Virus record (IMG/VR): IMGVR_UViG_3300028800_000074
Location: 1 to 64,000 of that record
Source: a virus
Direction: 5' to 3' (one strand)
Length of the DNA stretch: 64,000 nt
In this document: positions 53,996 through 63,702 of the stretch, piece by piece
Layout of the letters: every line of letters starts with the position of its first letter
Numbering within the stretch: the stretch's first letter is position 1
The notes under the pieces: model-generated
The model's input: the letters and a program-made list of their open reading frames with translations, nothing else
Told to the model about the DNA's origin: nothing
The model's database searches: none
Translations under genes and position numbers: made by a program

Positions 53996-54364
53996 ATGCT
54001 GCTCATCCCCCTCGCCACAGTCCCGAACCAAATCCGGACGGTCGTCCTCAACAACCAGCAATGCTCGTTGTCGGTCTATCAGAAGTCGACCGGCATGTTC
54101 ATGGACATCGTCTCGAACAATAAGATCATCCTGAGCGGCGTGCTTTGCCGCAACCAGTGCTACCTCGTGATGAACTCCTACTTGGGCTTCATCGGCGACT
54201 TCATGTGGGTCGACACGCTCGGCGGCAACGCCGACCCGGTCTACACCGGCATTGGCGGCCCGACGGCGCGCTTCCAGCTCGTCTACCTCTTCCCGGCCGA
54301 CATCCCGCCGAACGCCCTCTTCGCTGGCCCTCAGTCGGCCGAGCTTAATCCGCCTCCGGCCTGA
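53996..54364 (+). CDS. baseplate plug-like protein
   Basis: IPL..VPNQ...V.LNNQ.C, YLGFIGD..WVDT.G..DP.YTG.G. Confidence 0.85.
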   Translation: MLLIPLATVPNQIRTVVLNNQQCSLSVYQKSTGMFMDIVSNNKIILSGVLCRNQCYLVMNSYLGFIGDFMWVDTLGGNADPVYTGIGGPTARFQLVYLFPADIPPNALFAGPQSAELNPPPA

Positions 54365-54367
54365 TCC

Positions 54368-55288
54368 ATGGCGTGGACGCAGAAGATCATCGTCGCCACC
54401 ATCGGGTCGGTGACGCTTCAGGGCTTGCGCATGTCGGTCGAGATCGATCAGGCGGGCGCGGTCGACGCTGGAGCCACGCTCAACGCGCTCATCATCTACG
54501 GCATGACGAAGTCGCAGATGAACCAGCTCTCGAACGTCGGCAACAAGTGGAACACCTATTCTCAGTTGAACGACAGCCAGAAGCCGACCGTCACCATTCA
54601 GGCGGGAGATAAGAACGGCCTTTCCACGATCTACAGCGGGATCGTCAGCCACGCGATGATCGACGCGATGTCGGAGCCGCAGGTCCGGTTCATCGTCGCA
54701 GGCAACGCTCAGGCTGCCGCCGCAAGGAAAGCGACGAACGTCATCTCTCAGCCGGGCGCGGTGCAGTCTCAGACGCTCTTCCAGCAGATCGCCCAGTCGA
54801 TGGGCTTTCAACTCGAAAACAATGGCGTGAACGCGGTCATCCGCAACCCGTACCTCTGGGGAACGGACATCACGAAGATGCGTCACCTCGCGGAAGCCGC
54901 GAAGGCGCAGTGGTGCATCGACACGACGAAGGGTGTTGTCGCGGTCTGGCCATCGGGAGGCGGAAGGCAAAGTCAGACGCCAACGATCTCGAAGAAGACC
55001 GGCATGGTGACGTCGCCGAGCGTGCAGACGAACACGATCATCGTGAAGACGCTCTTCAACCCGAGCATCGTGTTCGGCGCTTTTATCAACGTGCAGAGCG
55101 ACGTCGTCGAGGCGGCGAACGGTCAGTGGAACGTCAACGGCATCCACACCGAACTGGATTGCATGGTCCCTCGCGGCCGATGGTTTCAAACCATCAGGGG
55201 CGTTAACCCGTCACCAAGCGGAGGGTCGACGGCGTCGAGCGGGACGGCGTCGGCGGGTAACGCAGCGCCAAGCGGAGCGAACCCGTGA
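54368..55288 (+). CDS. baseplate hub protein
   Basis: GLRMSV.I, IYGM, QAGD, FQLENNGV, ISKKTGM, ANGQW. Confidence 0.85.
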   Translation: MAWTQKIIVATIGSVTLQGLRMSVEIDQAGAVDAGATLNALIIYGMTKSQMNQLSNVGNKWNTYSQLNDSQKPTVTIQAGDKNGLSTIYSGIVSHAMIDAMSEPQVRFIVAGNAQAAAARKATNVISQPGAVQSQTLFQQIAQSMGFQLENNGVNAVIRNPYLWGTDITKMRHLAEAAKAQWCIDTTKGVVAVWPSGGGRQSQTPTISKKTGMVTSPSVQTNTIIVKTLFNPSIVFGAFINVQSDVVEAANGQWNVNGIHTELDCMVPRGRWFQTIRGVNPSPSGGSTASSGTASAGNAAPSGANP

Positions 55289-56502
55289 CGGACGCTGTCG
55301 GCTTTGCTGGCCTACCGGAGCTTGGCGGCACCGAGCTTTCGGACGCCGTCTTCATCGCCAAGCAGATCATCATGCACGTCAGGACGCTGACGCATGTGAA
55401 GGTCACCGCCGTCTACCCCGGCAACTATAACCCTACGCCGACCTTCGTCGATGTGACGCCGGTCATCGATCAGGTCAACAGCGAAGGCACGCGGCAGCAG
55501 CACGGCACGATCTACCGCATCGCCGTTCCTCGTATCCACAATGGGTCGAGCGCGATCCTGATGGACCCGGTCGTCGGCGACGTTGGTCCGATGTGGGTCA
55601 GCGACCGCGACCACTCTCAAATGATTGCCAACAATGGCGGCAGATCAGCGCCGGGCTCTGGCCGGATCATGAGCTTGGCGGACGGCCTCTTCATGGGGAG
55701 CCTGTTCGCTCAGAACCCGACAAACTACACTGACCTTCGGAACGGCAACCACAATTCAACGTCGACGAAGGTCGTCTCGCACAACGTCAGCGGGCCGGAC
55801 GCCAAGATCGCAGACACGGCGACGAGCGGCTCGACGACGAACACGAGAACTAACGATCCGAACGCCAAGTCAATCGTCGACCAGTCTTCGACCGGATCAA
55901 ACGACGCCACGCACACCGTCGACTCGACGACGCCAAAGGTTCAGTCGATGGCGACCGACGGTGTCCACACCAGCTCGATTGACGTGACGCCAACGGCCGT
56001 AAGCATCGGTGGAGCGCTGGCGACGGCGGCGGGTGGGATCGGCTCATCGTCGGGCGGCGGAGGGACCGCCAATCTCGCGCCCTCCGACGGCACGACAACG
56101 CCGACAGCAGCGCAAATCGGCGGTCGGGTGTCGTCAGGCCTCCAGACGGTCACGGCAACAGGGGCGTGGCAGACTGTCGCGTCGATCCCGCTCACGGCTG
56201 GCTATTGGCTGATCTTCGCGAACATCAGCGTCTTTGCTGGCGGCGGCGGCGCGACCATGATCGAATTTGACGCCGTCATATCGACGACGTCGGGGAGCCC
56301 GTTGTCGATCTCAGGCGAAGTCGGCATCGCCTTTCAGGACATCAGCATCGTTATGGCCGCTGGCGACGGCTGGCAAAGCCCGCTCGGCGTCACGACGCTC
56401 ACAATCGCGACGTCGGAAACGCTCTACCTCAACGTCTTTGCCGGGGCGAGCGCCGGGACGCTGTCGGCCGAAGGCATCATCACCGCGATCAGGATGGGAT
56501 AG
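55285..56502 (+). CDS. baseplate spike (Gp138-like N-terminus) with C-terminal extension
   Basis: VDVTP, AILMDPVVGDVG..VSDRD.S, PGSGR..SLADG. Confidence 0.85.
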   Translation: MTDAVGFAGLPELGGTELSDAVFIAKQIIMHVRTLTHVKVTAVYPGNYNPTPTFVDVTPVIDQVNSEGTRQQHGTIYRIAVPRIHNGSSAILMDPVVGDVGPMWVSDRDHSQMIANNGGRSAPGSGRIMSLADGLFMGSLFAQNPTNYTDLRNGNHNSTSTKVVSHNVSGPDAKIADTATSGSTTNTRTNDPNAKSIVDQSSTGSNDATHTVDSTTPKVQSMATDGVHTSSIDVTPTAVSIGGALATAAGGIGSSSGGGGTANLAPSDGTTTPTAAQIGGRVSSGLQTVTATGAWQTVASIPLTAGYWLIFANISVFAGGGGATMIEFDAVISTTSGSPLSISGEVGIAFQDISIVMAAGDGWQSPLGVTTLTIATSETLYLNVFAGASAGTLSAEGIITAIRMG

Positions 56503-56506
56503 TCGC

Positions 56507-56911
56507 ATGACCGCTTACGCCTCCCTCCTACTCGATCTCGTCAACTGGGACTTGTGCGTCGATGCATCGGGGAACATCGCCACCTGCCAAGAGCCCTATC
56601 GCCTTGCGCAGGACGCGGCGTGCCAGACCCGTCTTTGGTCTGGAGAGCTTCGCTACGACACGACGCAGGGTGTGAACTATTCCGGCCTGATCCTCGGCCA
56701 CTGGTCACCGCCAGCGTTGATCAAGGCGAACATCGCGTTCGAGGCCATGCGCGCGACCGGAGTGGGTAACGCTCAGGTCTACTTCACGGGGTGGAGCAAC
56801 GCGACGCGTAAACTGACAGGAGTGATCACGGTCGTCCCCGAGGAGACGACGCCCACGGGCGTGATCCCTCCAATCCCATTCTCCGTGTCGCCTGCGGTGC
56901 AGGCTTACTAA
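56507..56911 (+). CDS. baseplate wedge / sheath initiator
   Basis: LLLD..WDL.VDASGNIA....Y..AQD.A...RL..GE..YDTTQGV.Y. Confidence 0.85.
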   Translation: MTAYASLLLDLVNWDLCVDASGNIATCQEPYRLAQDAACQTRLWSGELRYDTTQGVNYSGLILGHWSPPALIKANIAFEAMRATGVGNAQVYFTGWSNATRKLTGVITVVPEETTPTGVIPPIPFSVSPAVQAY

Positions 56912-57002
56912 CCGCCCTCTCGCGCGGGGAAGTGTCGGCGGGTCCGTCGCGAGACTCTCTCTCCCGCCGACAGCCCTTTCCGAAAAAAATCAGGAGACGA
57001 TT

Positions 57003-57536
57003 ATGGCTGGACCTACTCTGGTGACGAACCGCTCTGCCCCGCTTCTGGCTTCAGTCAGGCCGCTCGTTGCGTGGCCTGATCCGAAGGCGATGCCGCAGTT
57101 CTACGACGTCGCCGACGAGATCGCGATGGCGTTCAAGTCCTACGGCGTGACCAAGAACTTCATGCTCGGCGGCCTCGCTCGCGCAGAGCTGGAGTCTTCG
57201 CTGAGGCTCGTCGTCGTTGGCGACAAGGACGCGGCGCAGGGCCCGGCGCACGGCCTCTGGCAGTGGGACTTGGCTCGCTGTGCCGAGATTCACCAGCATC
57301 TCGACATCGACATCATCAACGGTGCCTCGGTCGAGGATCAGGTCAAGTCGGTCATGTGGGAGCTGGAGACGTTCCCCTACTACGGGCTGAAGCAGATTCA
57401 GGCCGCGCCGGACCCCAACACGAGCGGCATGATGTGGTGCGAGTTCTACGACCGACCCGAGCGGGCGGACGAGCCGACCCGCACCGGCATGGCGGCAGTC
57501 AGATGGGCCACGCAGTGGACGTTCCCCGGCTGGTGA
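57003..57536 (+). CDS. stand-alone Phage_lysozyme2-like muramidase (candidate endolysin)
   Basis: A..ESSL....VGD....AHGLWQW...R...DQV..VMWEL...YDRP. Confidence 0.75.
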   Translation: MAGPTLVTNRSAPLLASVRPLVAWPDPKAMPQFYDVADEIAMAFKSYGVTKNFMLGGLARAELESSLRLVVVGDKDAAQGPAHGLWQWDLARCAEIHQHLDIDIINGASVEDQVKSVMWELETFPYYGLKQIQAAPDPNTSGMMWCEFYDRPERADEPTRTGMAAVRWATQWTFPGW

Positions 57537-57589
57537 GCCGGGTCTCAAAATCTACTCAATAATCACTCAGATTTGAGGATTGGCGCTTT

Positions 57590-59131
57590 ATGGCGACCAA
57601 CGTCCCGCCGCTTGTCTTCACGCCGACCGGTATCATCGCGCCGCTTGAGAGCGCGATTGAAGCTGGAGTGCAGGCCGACTTCCAAGCGGCCTTCACCGTC
57701 CTCGGCGGTCCTCCGCTCAACTTCACCACGAACACGGGCGCGAACACCAACGCGACACCGCAGTCGATGCTTGCCGACGCCGAGACGGCGATCATCGGAC
57801 AGACCAACGACCTCTTCCTGCTCTACGCCAACCTGTTCGACCCGGCGCTTTCGTTCGGCAGGTTTCATGACGCCTTGGCGCGCATCTATTACATCACGAG
57901 GTTCTCCGGCACGCCGACGCTCGTGCTGGTGCAGTGCATCGGCGCGATCAACACCCAGATTCCTCTCGGCGCGCTGATTCAGGACATCAACGGATTTCAG
58001 TACGTCGCAACTCAGGCTGCGACGATCCCGTACTCCGGGTCGGTGATCATCCCGTTCGCATGCACGACGGTCGGTCCGATCCCATGCGCCGCCAATGCCC
58101 TATCGAGCGCAGATGGCGCAGAGATCGTGCAGACGATCTCCGGGTGGGACGCGATCTCGAACTCGGCGGCCGGGATCACGGGTCTCAATGCGGAGAGCGA
58201 TCAAGCCCTCGAAGTCAGGCGGTACAATTCGACCGCGATCAACGCCCACGGGACCGAGCCTTCGCTGCGCTCGAACCTTCTCGCCGTCCCGGGTGTCATC
58301 GACGCCTATGTCGTTTCGAACAGGACGTCAGGCGTGACGACGTTCATGGGCGTCACCCTCGGGCCCTATTCGATCTGGATTTCGGTCGAAGGCGGAAGCG
58401 CTGCGGCAATCGCCGCCGCGATCCTCGCGCAAGCCCCGCCGTGCCCGATGAACGGGAACACGAGCTACACCATTCAGGACACGCAGCAGGGCCAGCAGGC
58501 TCCGTATCCATCCTACGTCATGACGTGGGAGACGCCGACGCCGCTGCCGATCATCGTCGCCGTGACGATTGCAAACCTCCCGAACATTCCAAGCAATGCG
58601 CAGTCGCTGATCTCGGCGGCCATCGTCGCCGCGTGGTCAGGCCTCGATCTTCAGGGCTACAATTCCGTCAGCCAGCCGGTCTACGGGCCGAGGGTGTCAT
58701 GGCCAGCGATCTTCGCTCAACGACTTGCGAACGCGATCAACGCGTACACGTGCTGGGTCGGCATCCAAGTCGTCGCCGTTCAGCTCGGCTCCCCGAACGA
58801 CGCCAACACCGTGACGCTCCAAGGCACGGTCGCGACCAGCGGTGGGAACACGACGCTGACCGTGACCTCGGTCTCGTCGGCCGGCATCGCTCCGGGCCAG
58901 TGGCTCGCGGATACGCTCGGAAATGTTCCGGGCGGAGTGCAGATTCTGAGTCAGCTCAGCGGCGTGGCGGGAGGTACCGGAACCTACGCGCTCACTGGAG
59001 CTGGCAAAATCTTCTCCATCGGCGTCAGCCAGACGATCTACTCGATCACGCCTCTCTCTGACGAAGAGTCGATCAACCTCAACCAGTTTCCGACGATCAA
59101 CGCCGCCAACGTCGGTCTCGCCACGCAATGA
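57590..59131 (+). CDS. baseplate J/gp47-like protein
   Basis: TNVP...FTPTG, TPQ, DALARIYYITR, GPIPC.A, VPGVIDAYV. Confidence 0.9.
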   Translation: MATNVPPLVFTPTGIIAPLESAIEAGVQADFQAAFTVLGGPPLNFTTNTGANTNATPQSMLADAETAIIGQTNDLFLLYANLFDPALSFGRFHDALARIYYITRFSGTPTLVLVQCIGAINTQIPLGALIQDINGFQYVATQAATIPYSGSVIIPFACTTVGPIPCAANALSSADGAEIVQTISGWDAISNSAAGITGLNAESDQALEVRRYNSTAINAHGTEPSLRSNLLAVPGVIDAYVVSNRTSGVTTFMGVTLGPYSIWISVEGGSAAAIAAAILAQAPPCPMNGNTSYTIQDTQQGQQAPYPSYVMTWETPTPLPIIVAVTIANLPNIPSNAQSLISAAIVAAWSGLDLQGYNSVSQPVYGPRVSWPAIFAQRLANAINAYTCWVGIQVVAVQLGSPNDANTVTLQGTVATSGGNTTLTVTSVSSAGIAPGQWLADTLGNVPGGVQILSQLSGVAGGTGTYALTGAGKIFSIGVSQTIYSITPLSDEESINLNQFPTINAANVGLATQ

Positions 59132-59907
59132 CCGACCCTTCAGGGCCGCAATATCCCAAGCCTCCGGGCCCGGGCTCAAATGCGCTTGGAACGTGGAACG
59201 TCGGCGTCAGTCAGATTGGGGACATCAAGCTCCTTCGAGCCTTTGATGTCATCACGTCGCAGTTTGGCAACTCGCCGATCATGGACAAGCTCATGGTCTC
59301 GACCAACGAGGCCATCGACCAGACGCTCAACTTCGACGCCTTCTTCGACGCCGTGGTCAACGTCGACACCGCATCCGGCTGGGGCCTCGACATCTGGGGA
59401 CGCATTGTCGGCATCCAAAGGACCGTAAGCGTCCCCTCAGTCGCTCCGCCGACGCCATACTTCGGATGGACGCAGGCGAAGCAGCCGGGATGGAGCCAAG
59501 GCGCTCCTTGGTACTCAGGAGAGGGCGCTGCGGCTCCGATCATCAACAGCTACGTGCTGAGCGACTCACAGTTCCGAAGGCTGATCTACGCCAAGGCGCT
59601 CGCCAACATCAGCAACGGTTCGATCCAGTCGATCAACAAGTGCCTGTTCACGCTCTTCCAAGGGCGAGGCCGGTGCTGGGTGTCGCTGCTTGCAAGCACG
59701 CAGACCTACTTCGGGTGGACGCAGGCGCAAGCCCCCGGCTTCAATCAGGGGTCGCCGTTTTATTCAGGGGCGCTCCCGGCGACGACCTTGGGCCTCCAGT
59801 TCAACTTCACCTTCCCGCTCACGGCGACTGACTACGGGATGATGCTCTCCGGCGTCATGCCCGTTCCTCCGCACATCCCCACCGCAATCGTCTTCGTTTC
59901 CGCATAA
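59128..59907 (+). CDS. DUF2612 baseplate wedge protein
   Basis: SQ..NSP, NVDTA.GWGLDIWGRIVG..R, LSD..FR.LI.AKALANI; duplicated YFGWTQ motif. Confidence 0.9.
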   Translation: MTDPSGPQYPKPPGPGSNALGTWNVGVSQIGDIKLLRAFDVITSQFGNSPIMDKLMVSTNEAIDQTLNFDAFFDAVVNVDTASGWGLDIWGRIVGIQRTVSVPSVAPPTPYFGWTQAKQPGWSQGAPWYSGEGAAAPIINSYVLSDSQFRRLIYAKALANISNGSIQSINKCLFTLFQGRGRCWVSLLASTQTYFGWTQAQAPGFNQGSPFYSGALPATTLGLQFNFTFPLTATDYGMMLSGVMPVPPHIPTAIVFVSA

Positions 59908-59922
59908 GAGGGACCACCCAAA

Positions 59923-61083
59923 ATGCTGGCCTCAGGCATCCCGACAAAGTTTCCTCTCTATTGGGCGCAGAACGCCTCGTCGAGCTACGTGAGGCAAGTC
60001 CCGTCTCCATCGCAGACCGGCGTCAACGTCCTCAACGCAAGCTTCAACGACGGCTTCCCTCCGGCCACGTTTCAGATTGGTGGAGCACCCGACGGCCGAG
60101 ATGCGAACGGCGTCCTCCAGCAGCTCTCTCAGTGGGCTCAGTGGGATCAGGCGAAGGGCCCGGTCTATTGGGACTCGGCCTTCGCGACCGCAATCGGAGG
60201 ATACCCGCACGGGGCGTTCTTGAACGCGGTCGGCATCGACGCGGGATACTGGTTCTGCACGGTCGACAACAATCTCACGAACCCTGACGCGAGCGGAGCC
60301 GGGTGGACGTTCTGCCAGTTCGGGGCGCAGTCCGGCAGGCTCCTGAAGACGACCGTCTACGCCATCGTCGGCGGTGTTCAGCAAGTCAGCGTCAACGGCG
60401 GCGCGTTCACGACGTCCGGCGCGACGGTGTTCACGAGCGGAGGCGGAACGAACGCTATCCGAGCGAGGGTCCAAGGCGGCGGCGGCGCAGGCGGCAGCGT
60501 GCCAGCCGGGTCCAGCTCTGGACCCACCGGCTACGCCAGCGGCGGCGGCGCTGGAGGTAATTACGGAGAGTCTTGGTTCACGACCGGCTTCACTGGCGGC
60601 ATCGCGACCACCGTGGGGACTGGGGGGTCGCCGGGGGCAGCCGGTAACAATGCTGGCGGCAACGGAAATACCAGCAGCCTCGGCGCGCTCATGTCGATGG
60701 GCGGCGGGACAGGCGGCGGAAGCGGCGGAGCCTTCCAGAGCAACGACTGGACGACGTCAGGATCGGTAGGAACGCCAAGCGCCACCGCGAGTGGCGCGAA
60801 CATCATGTCCGTTGTCGGGCAAGGCGGCTTCTTCGGTATGTTCGCCAGCTCGTCGGGGTGCACTCAGGGTGCAGCCATGAGCGGCGCGGGCGGGGACTCG
60901 TTCCTCGGGAGGGGTGGTTACAGCTTGGCGAGCCAGATTGGCCCAGTCGCCAGCCAGACGGGCGTTGCGGGAACGGGATACGGAGCGGGGGGCGGCGGCT
61001 GCTACGCCATCGGCGGAGGCAGCTCAGCTCGCCAAGGCGGAGCCGGGGCGGCCGGAATCATCATCATCGAGGAGTGGGCCTAA
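59923..61083 (+). CDS. tail fibre protein with glycine-rich domain
   Basis: ASFNDGFPP.T...PDG.D.NG.L, IGGYP.GA N-domain; GGGG.GG...GGAGAAGIIIIEEW C-domain. Confidence 0.85.
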   Translation: MLASGIPTKFPLYWAQNASSSYVRQVPSPSQTGVNVLNASFNDGFPPATFQIGGAPDGRDANGVLQQLSQWAQWDQAKGPVYWDSAFATAIGGYPHGAFLNAVGIDAGYWFCTVDNNLTNPDASGAGWTFCQFGAQSGRLLKTTVYAIVGGVQQVSVNGGAFTTSGATVFTSGGGTNAIRARVQGGGGAGGSVPAGSSSGPTGYASGGGAGGNYGESWFTTGFTGGIATTVGTGGSPGAAGNNAGGNGNTSSLGALMSMGGGTGGGSGGAFQSNDWTTSGSVGTPSATASGANIMSVVGQGGFFGMFASSSGCTQGAAMSGAGGDSFLGRGGYSLASQIGPVASQTGVAGTGYGAGGGGCYAIGGGSSARQGGAGAAGIIIIEEWA

Positions 61084-61084
61084 G

Positions 61085-61633
61085 ATGCTCTGGCATATTG
61101 ATCCAAACGGCGTCGTGGACGAGGCGGTTTCGTCCACGCATGACGAGAACGGCAAGCCGAGGTTCCACAAGGACTTCATCGAGAGGGTCGTAAACGACGG
61201 AGGGGCCGCTGGCGTCTCCATCGGATGGGTGTGGAAGAACGGGTCGTTCTCTCCCCCAGCGGCTCGCCAGTACACGCCAACACAGCTTCTCGACTACGGC
61301 TCCGACAAGGTCTCGTTGCTTCACGCCACGGCTCGACCATACGCGGTCTCTGGATTGAAGGAGCCGATCTTCGACGACATCGCCAATTCGACGCACGACG
61401 GCCTCAACAAGATTTACGCCGCACGGGACGTCATCGAGTGGCCCTTGTCCTACACGGACGAAAACTACGCTCGCCTTTCCCTGACCGAAGACCAGTTCAC
61501 CGATTTTTACAAGCAGGCGGTCGCCTACTGGCAGAAGGTCTGGGGCTTCTACAACGACACCGTCGTCGACGCGGTCAAAGCGGGGAAGGTGAAGTCGCCC
61601 GAGGACATCGACGCGCTGGGGTGGCCGAAATGA
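61085..61633 (+). CDS. tail fibre assembly-like protein
   Basis: V.IGWVW.NGSFSPP and IDALGWP termini; follows the fibre gene. Confidence 0.7.
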   Translation: MLWHIDPNGVVDEAVSSTHDENGKPRFHKDFIERVVNDGGAAGVSIGWVWKNGSFSPPAARQYTPTQLLDYGSDKVSLLHATARPYAVSGLKEPIFDDIANSTHDGLNKIYAARDVIEWPLSYTDENYARLSLTEDQFTDFYKQAVAYWQKVWGFYNDTVVDAVKAGKVKSPEDIDALGWPK

Positions 61634-62772
61634 TCAAGCGCCGCACCGCGTCATTTCTTGCCGCCGCTGCGATAGCGCTTTCGCCGTTCTCGGCGGAAGC
61701 GAAGCGGGAGACGAAACCGCACATCGGTTTCCATCTCCCTCCGATGCACTCGCTGATCGTTCAGTCTGCGCCGATCTATCCATACTCGGCGCAGACTGTA
61801 TGGACGCCCCTCCAGTGGGCGGCGATCTTCGCTGCGAAGCAGGACTGGCTCGGAGCGAACCCGTGCATCATCACCGGTTGCCAGATGCAGGGGAAGATTT
61901 ACCTCAACCCCTCGACCAACGTCTTCGGAGCGAGCATCAACTTCTGGGGCGGACCTAGCGGAGGGACGCCGGGGGTCGCTCCTGCAAACCCTCAGCCGGG
62001 AGATATGTGGCTGACGACGGTCGGCCTCTACTACTACAACGGCTCAAGCATCATTGGCCCGCTCACGTCGCAGCCGACGCTGACATTCCCCGGAACGGTC
62101 GCGACCGGCGCGACAAGCGGCGGCGTCCTATGCGCAACGAGCACGACCGCCATCGCGATGAGCGGGCTTCTTCCGCTCAATGCGCTACTCGTTGGCGGCG
62201 GTGCCGGAGCCTGCCCAGCGAGCATCACCACGCCAGCAAGCGTCCTCGCCGCGCTTCAGCTCGTCACCAATTCCAATCCCGGTGGCATCCTCACATACGG
62301 GTCAGCTCCGGTCGCTGGACTTACCGGCATTAACGCGACCGTCCAGACCGACGTCGCGAACACGCCGAACACCGCGACCGGTCTCGTCGCCTACAATGGG
62401 GCGGCTGCGGGCAATCCTCCGGTCACCGTCAACTGCACCATCCCCGATGTCGCCGCAGCGTCGACGAACTGGTGTACATGGAAGTTCGCGAACACCGGCC
62501 TCGTTCAGCCGTTCTTCGACACGTTGATGGTGCAGACGCAGGCGACCTGCTCGACCACCTTCCCCGTTTATGAGGTCTTCGACGTAACGACCTCGACGGT
62601 GATCGGGTCGACCCTGACCGCCGTCAACGGCCTCGCCACGCTCTCGATAAACGCCGCCGCTGGGTCCGCCACTGACACCTTTGCGATCCGCGTCACGGTT
62701 CTCGGTAGCGGCTGCGGCGCGACCATCGCGAACGAGTTCAACACCATTTCTCTAACCCTCAGGGGAGGCTGA
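61630..62772 (+). CDS. fibre-like Thr/Ala/Gly-rich protein with apparent signal peptide
   Basis: MIKRRTASFLAAAAIALSPFSAEA; PANPQPGDMWLTT.GLY motif. Confidence 0.7.
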   Translation: MIKRRTASFLAAAAIALSPFSAEAKRETKPHIGFHLPPMHSLIVQSAPIYPYSAQTVWTPLQWAAIFAAKQDWLGANPCIITGCQMQGKIYLNPSTNVFGASINFWGGPSGGTPGVAPANPQPGDMWLTTVGLYYYNGSSIIGPLTSQPTLTFPGTVATGATSGGVLCATSTTAIAMSGLLPLNALLVGGGAGACPASITTPASVLAALQLVTNSNPGGILTYGSAPVAGLTGINATVQTDVANTPNTATGLVAYNGAAAGNPPVTVNCTIPDVAAASTNWCTWKFANTGLVQPFFDTLMVQTQATCSTTFPVYEVFDVTTSTVIGSTLTAVNGLATLSINAAAGSATDTFAIRVTVLGSGCGATIANEFNTISLTLRGG

Positions 62773-62776
62773 TCCA

Positions 62777-63691
62777 ATGGCCGGTCTTGCCGACTTCGCC
62801 GCTATGCGGCAACTGAATGACGCGCTCGGCGTCATCCCGCTCAACGTCGCGAGCGCGAGCCGCTTCGCCGCCCTCTTCGTCACGATGCCTGCCGACACGG
62901 GCGCTGGCGGAACGGAGGTCAGCGGCGGGTCATATGCTCGCGTCCAATTCGCAGGCACGATCACGGTCAACGGCTCGACAACGACCGCGAGCCCGACGCT
63001 GCATGTCGCCTCCGTCCCGGCGTGGCTTGCGGCCCTCGGGTCGGCGGCCAACGGCGCAGGCGTCAACGTCTATGACACGACCACCGGGCAGCAGATCGGC
63101 ACCATCTCGACCTGCACGAGCGGCGGCACCACGATCACGCTGACCGCGAACGCGGCAAACGCCGTCGGCGCAACCGACGTACTCGCGTTCTCGGCCTTCT
63201 CTCCTGCGGTGGCGTCTTCCGGAGCCGAGCCTGCCACGACGCCTTGCTCCGCGACGCTCAACTCGCAGATCAACTACGCAGTGTCGAGCGGGTCGTGGGG
63301 CACGATCCCCGGCTTGGGCGTCTACGATGCGCTGACGAGCGGCAACCTCTATGCGTTCGACTACCTCAACCTGACCGGCGCTGGGAAGTATTCCCCCTGC
63401 TCGATCACGTCGGCTTCTCCCGGCGTCGTCACCTGCACCGACCAGACCTTCACCAACGGAAACTCGGTCGTCTTCTCGAACAAGATCGGCGGTTCTCTGC
63501 CGACGCTGTCGAGCGGTTCGTGGTCTGGACTGCAAACGGTCGCTGGCGTCTCTGGGAACACCTTCAACGTCGGCCTCAATACGACGTCCATCGGCGACGG
63601 TTTGGTGCGCCCCGTGACCCCGCTGACGGTCGGAGCCAGTCCGACCAACGTGTTCTTTCCCTCGTCGTCAATCGTCATGGCAGCAGCGTAA
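62777..63691 (+). CDS. virion structural (tail fibre-type) protein with insertions
   Basis: ALF...P.D.G.GGTEVSGGSYARV...WGTI..GVYDALTSGN. Confidence 0.8.
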   Translation: MAGLADFAAMRQLNDALGVIPLNVASASRFAALFVTMPADTGAGGTEVSGGSYARVQFAGTITVNGSTTTASPTLHVASVPAWLAALGSAANGAGVNVYDTTTGQQIGTISTCTSGGTTITLTANAANAVGATDVLAFSAFSPAVASSGAEPATTPCSATLNSQINYAVSSGSWGTIPGLGVYDALTSGNLYAFDYLNLTGAGKYSPCSITSASPGVVTCTDQTFTNGNSVVFSNKIGGSLPTLSSGSWSGLQTVAGVSGNTFNVGLNTTSIGDGLVRPVTPLTVGASPTNVFFPSSSIVMAAA

Positions 63692-63702
63692 GAGAGAGAC
63701 CG

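Noticed and set aside
59455-59775. Duplicated TACTTCGGnTGGACGCAGGCG segment as a possible diversity-generating retroelement TR/VR pair
   Set aside because: Both copies are in-frame parts of the DUF2612 protein, differences are not adenine-specific, and no reverse transcriptase is in the window
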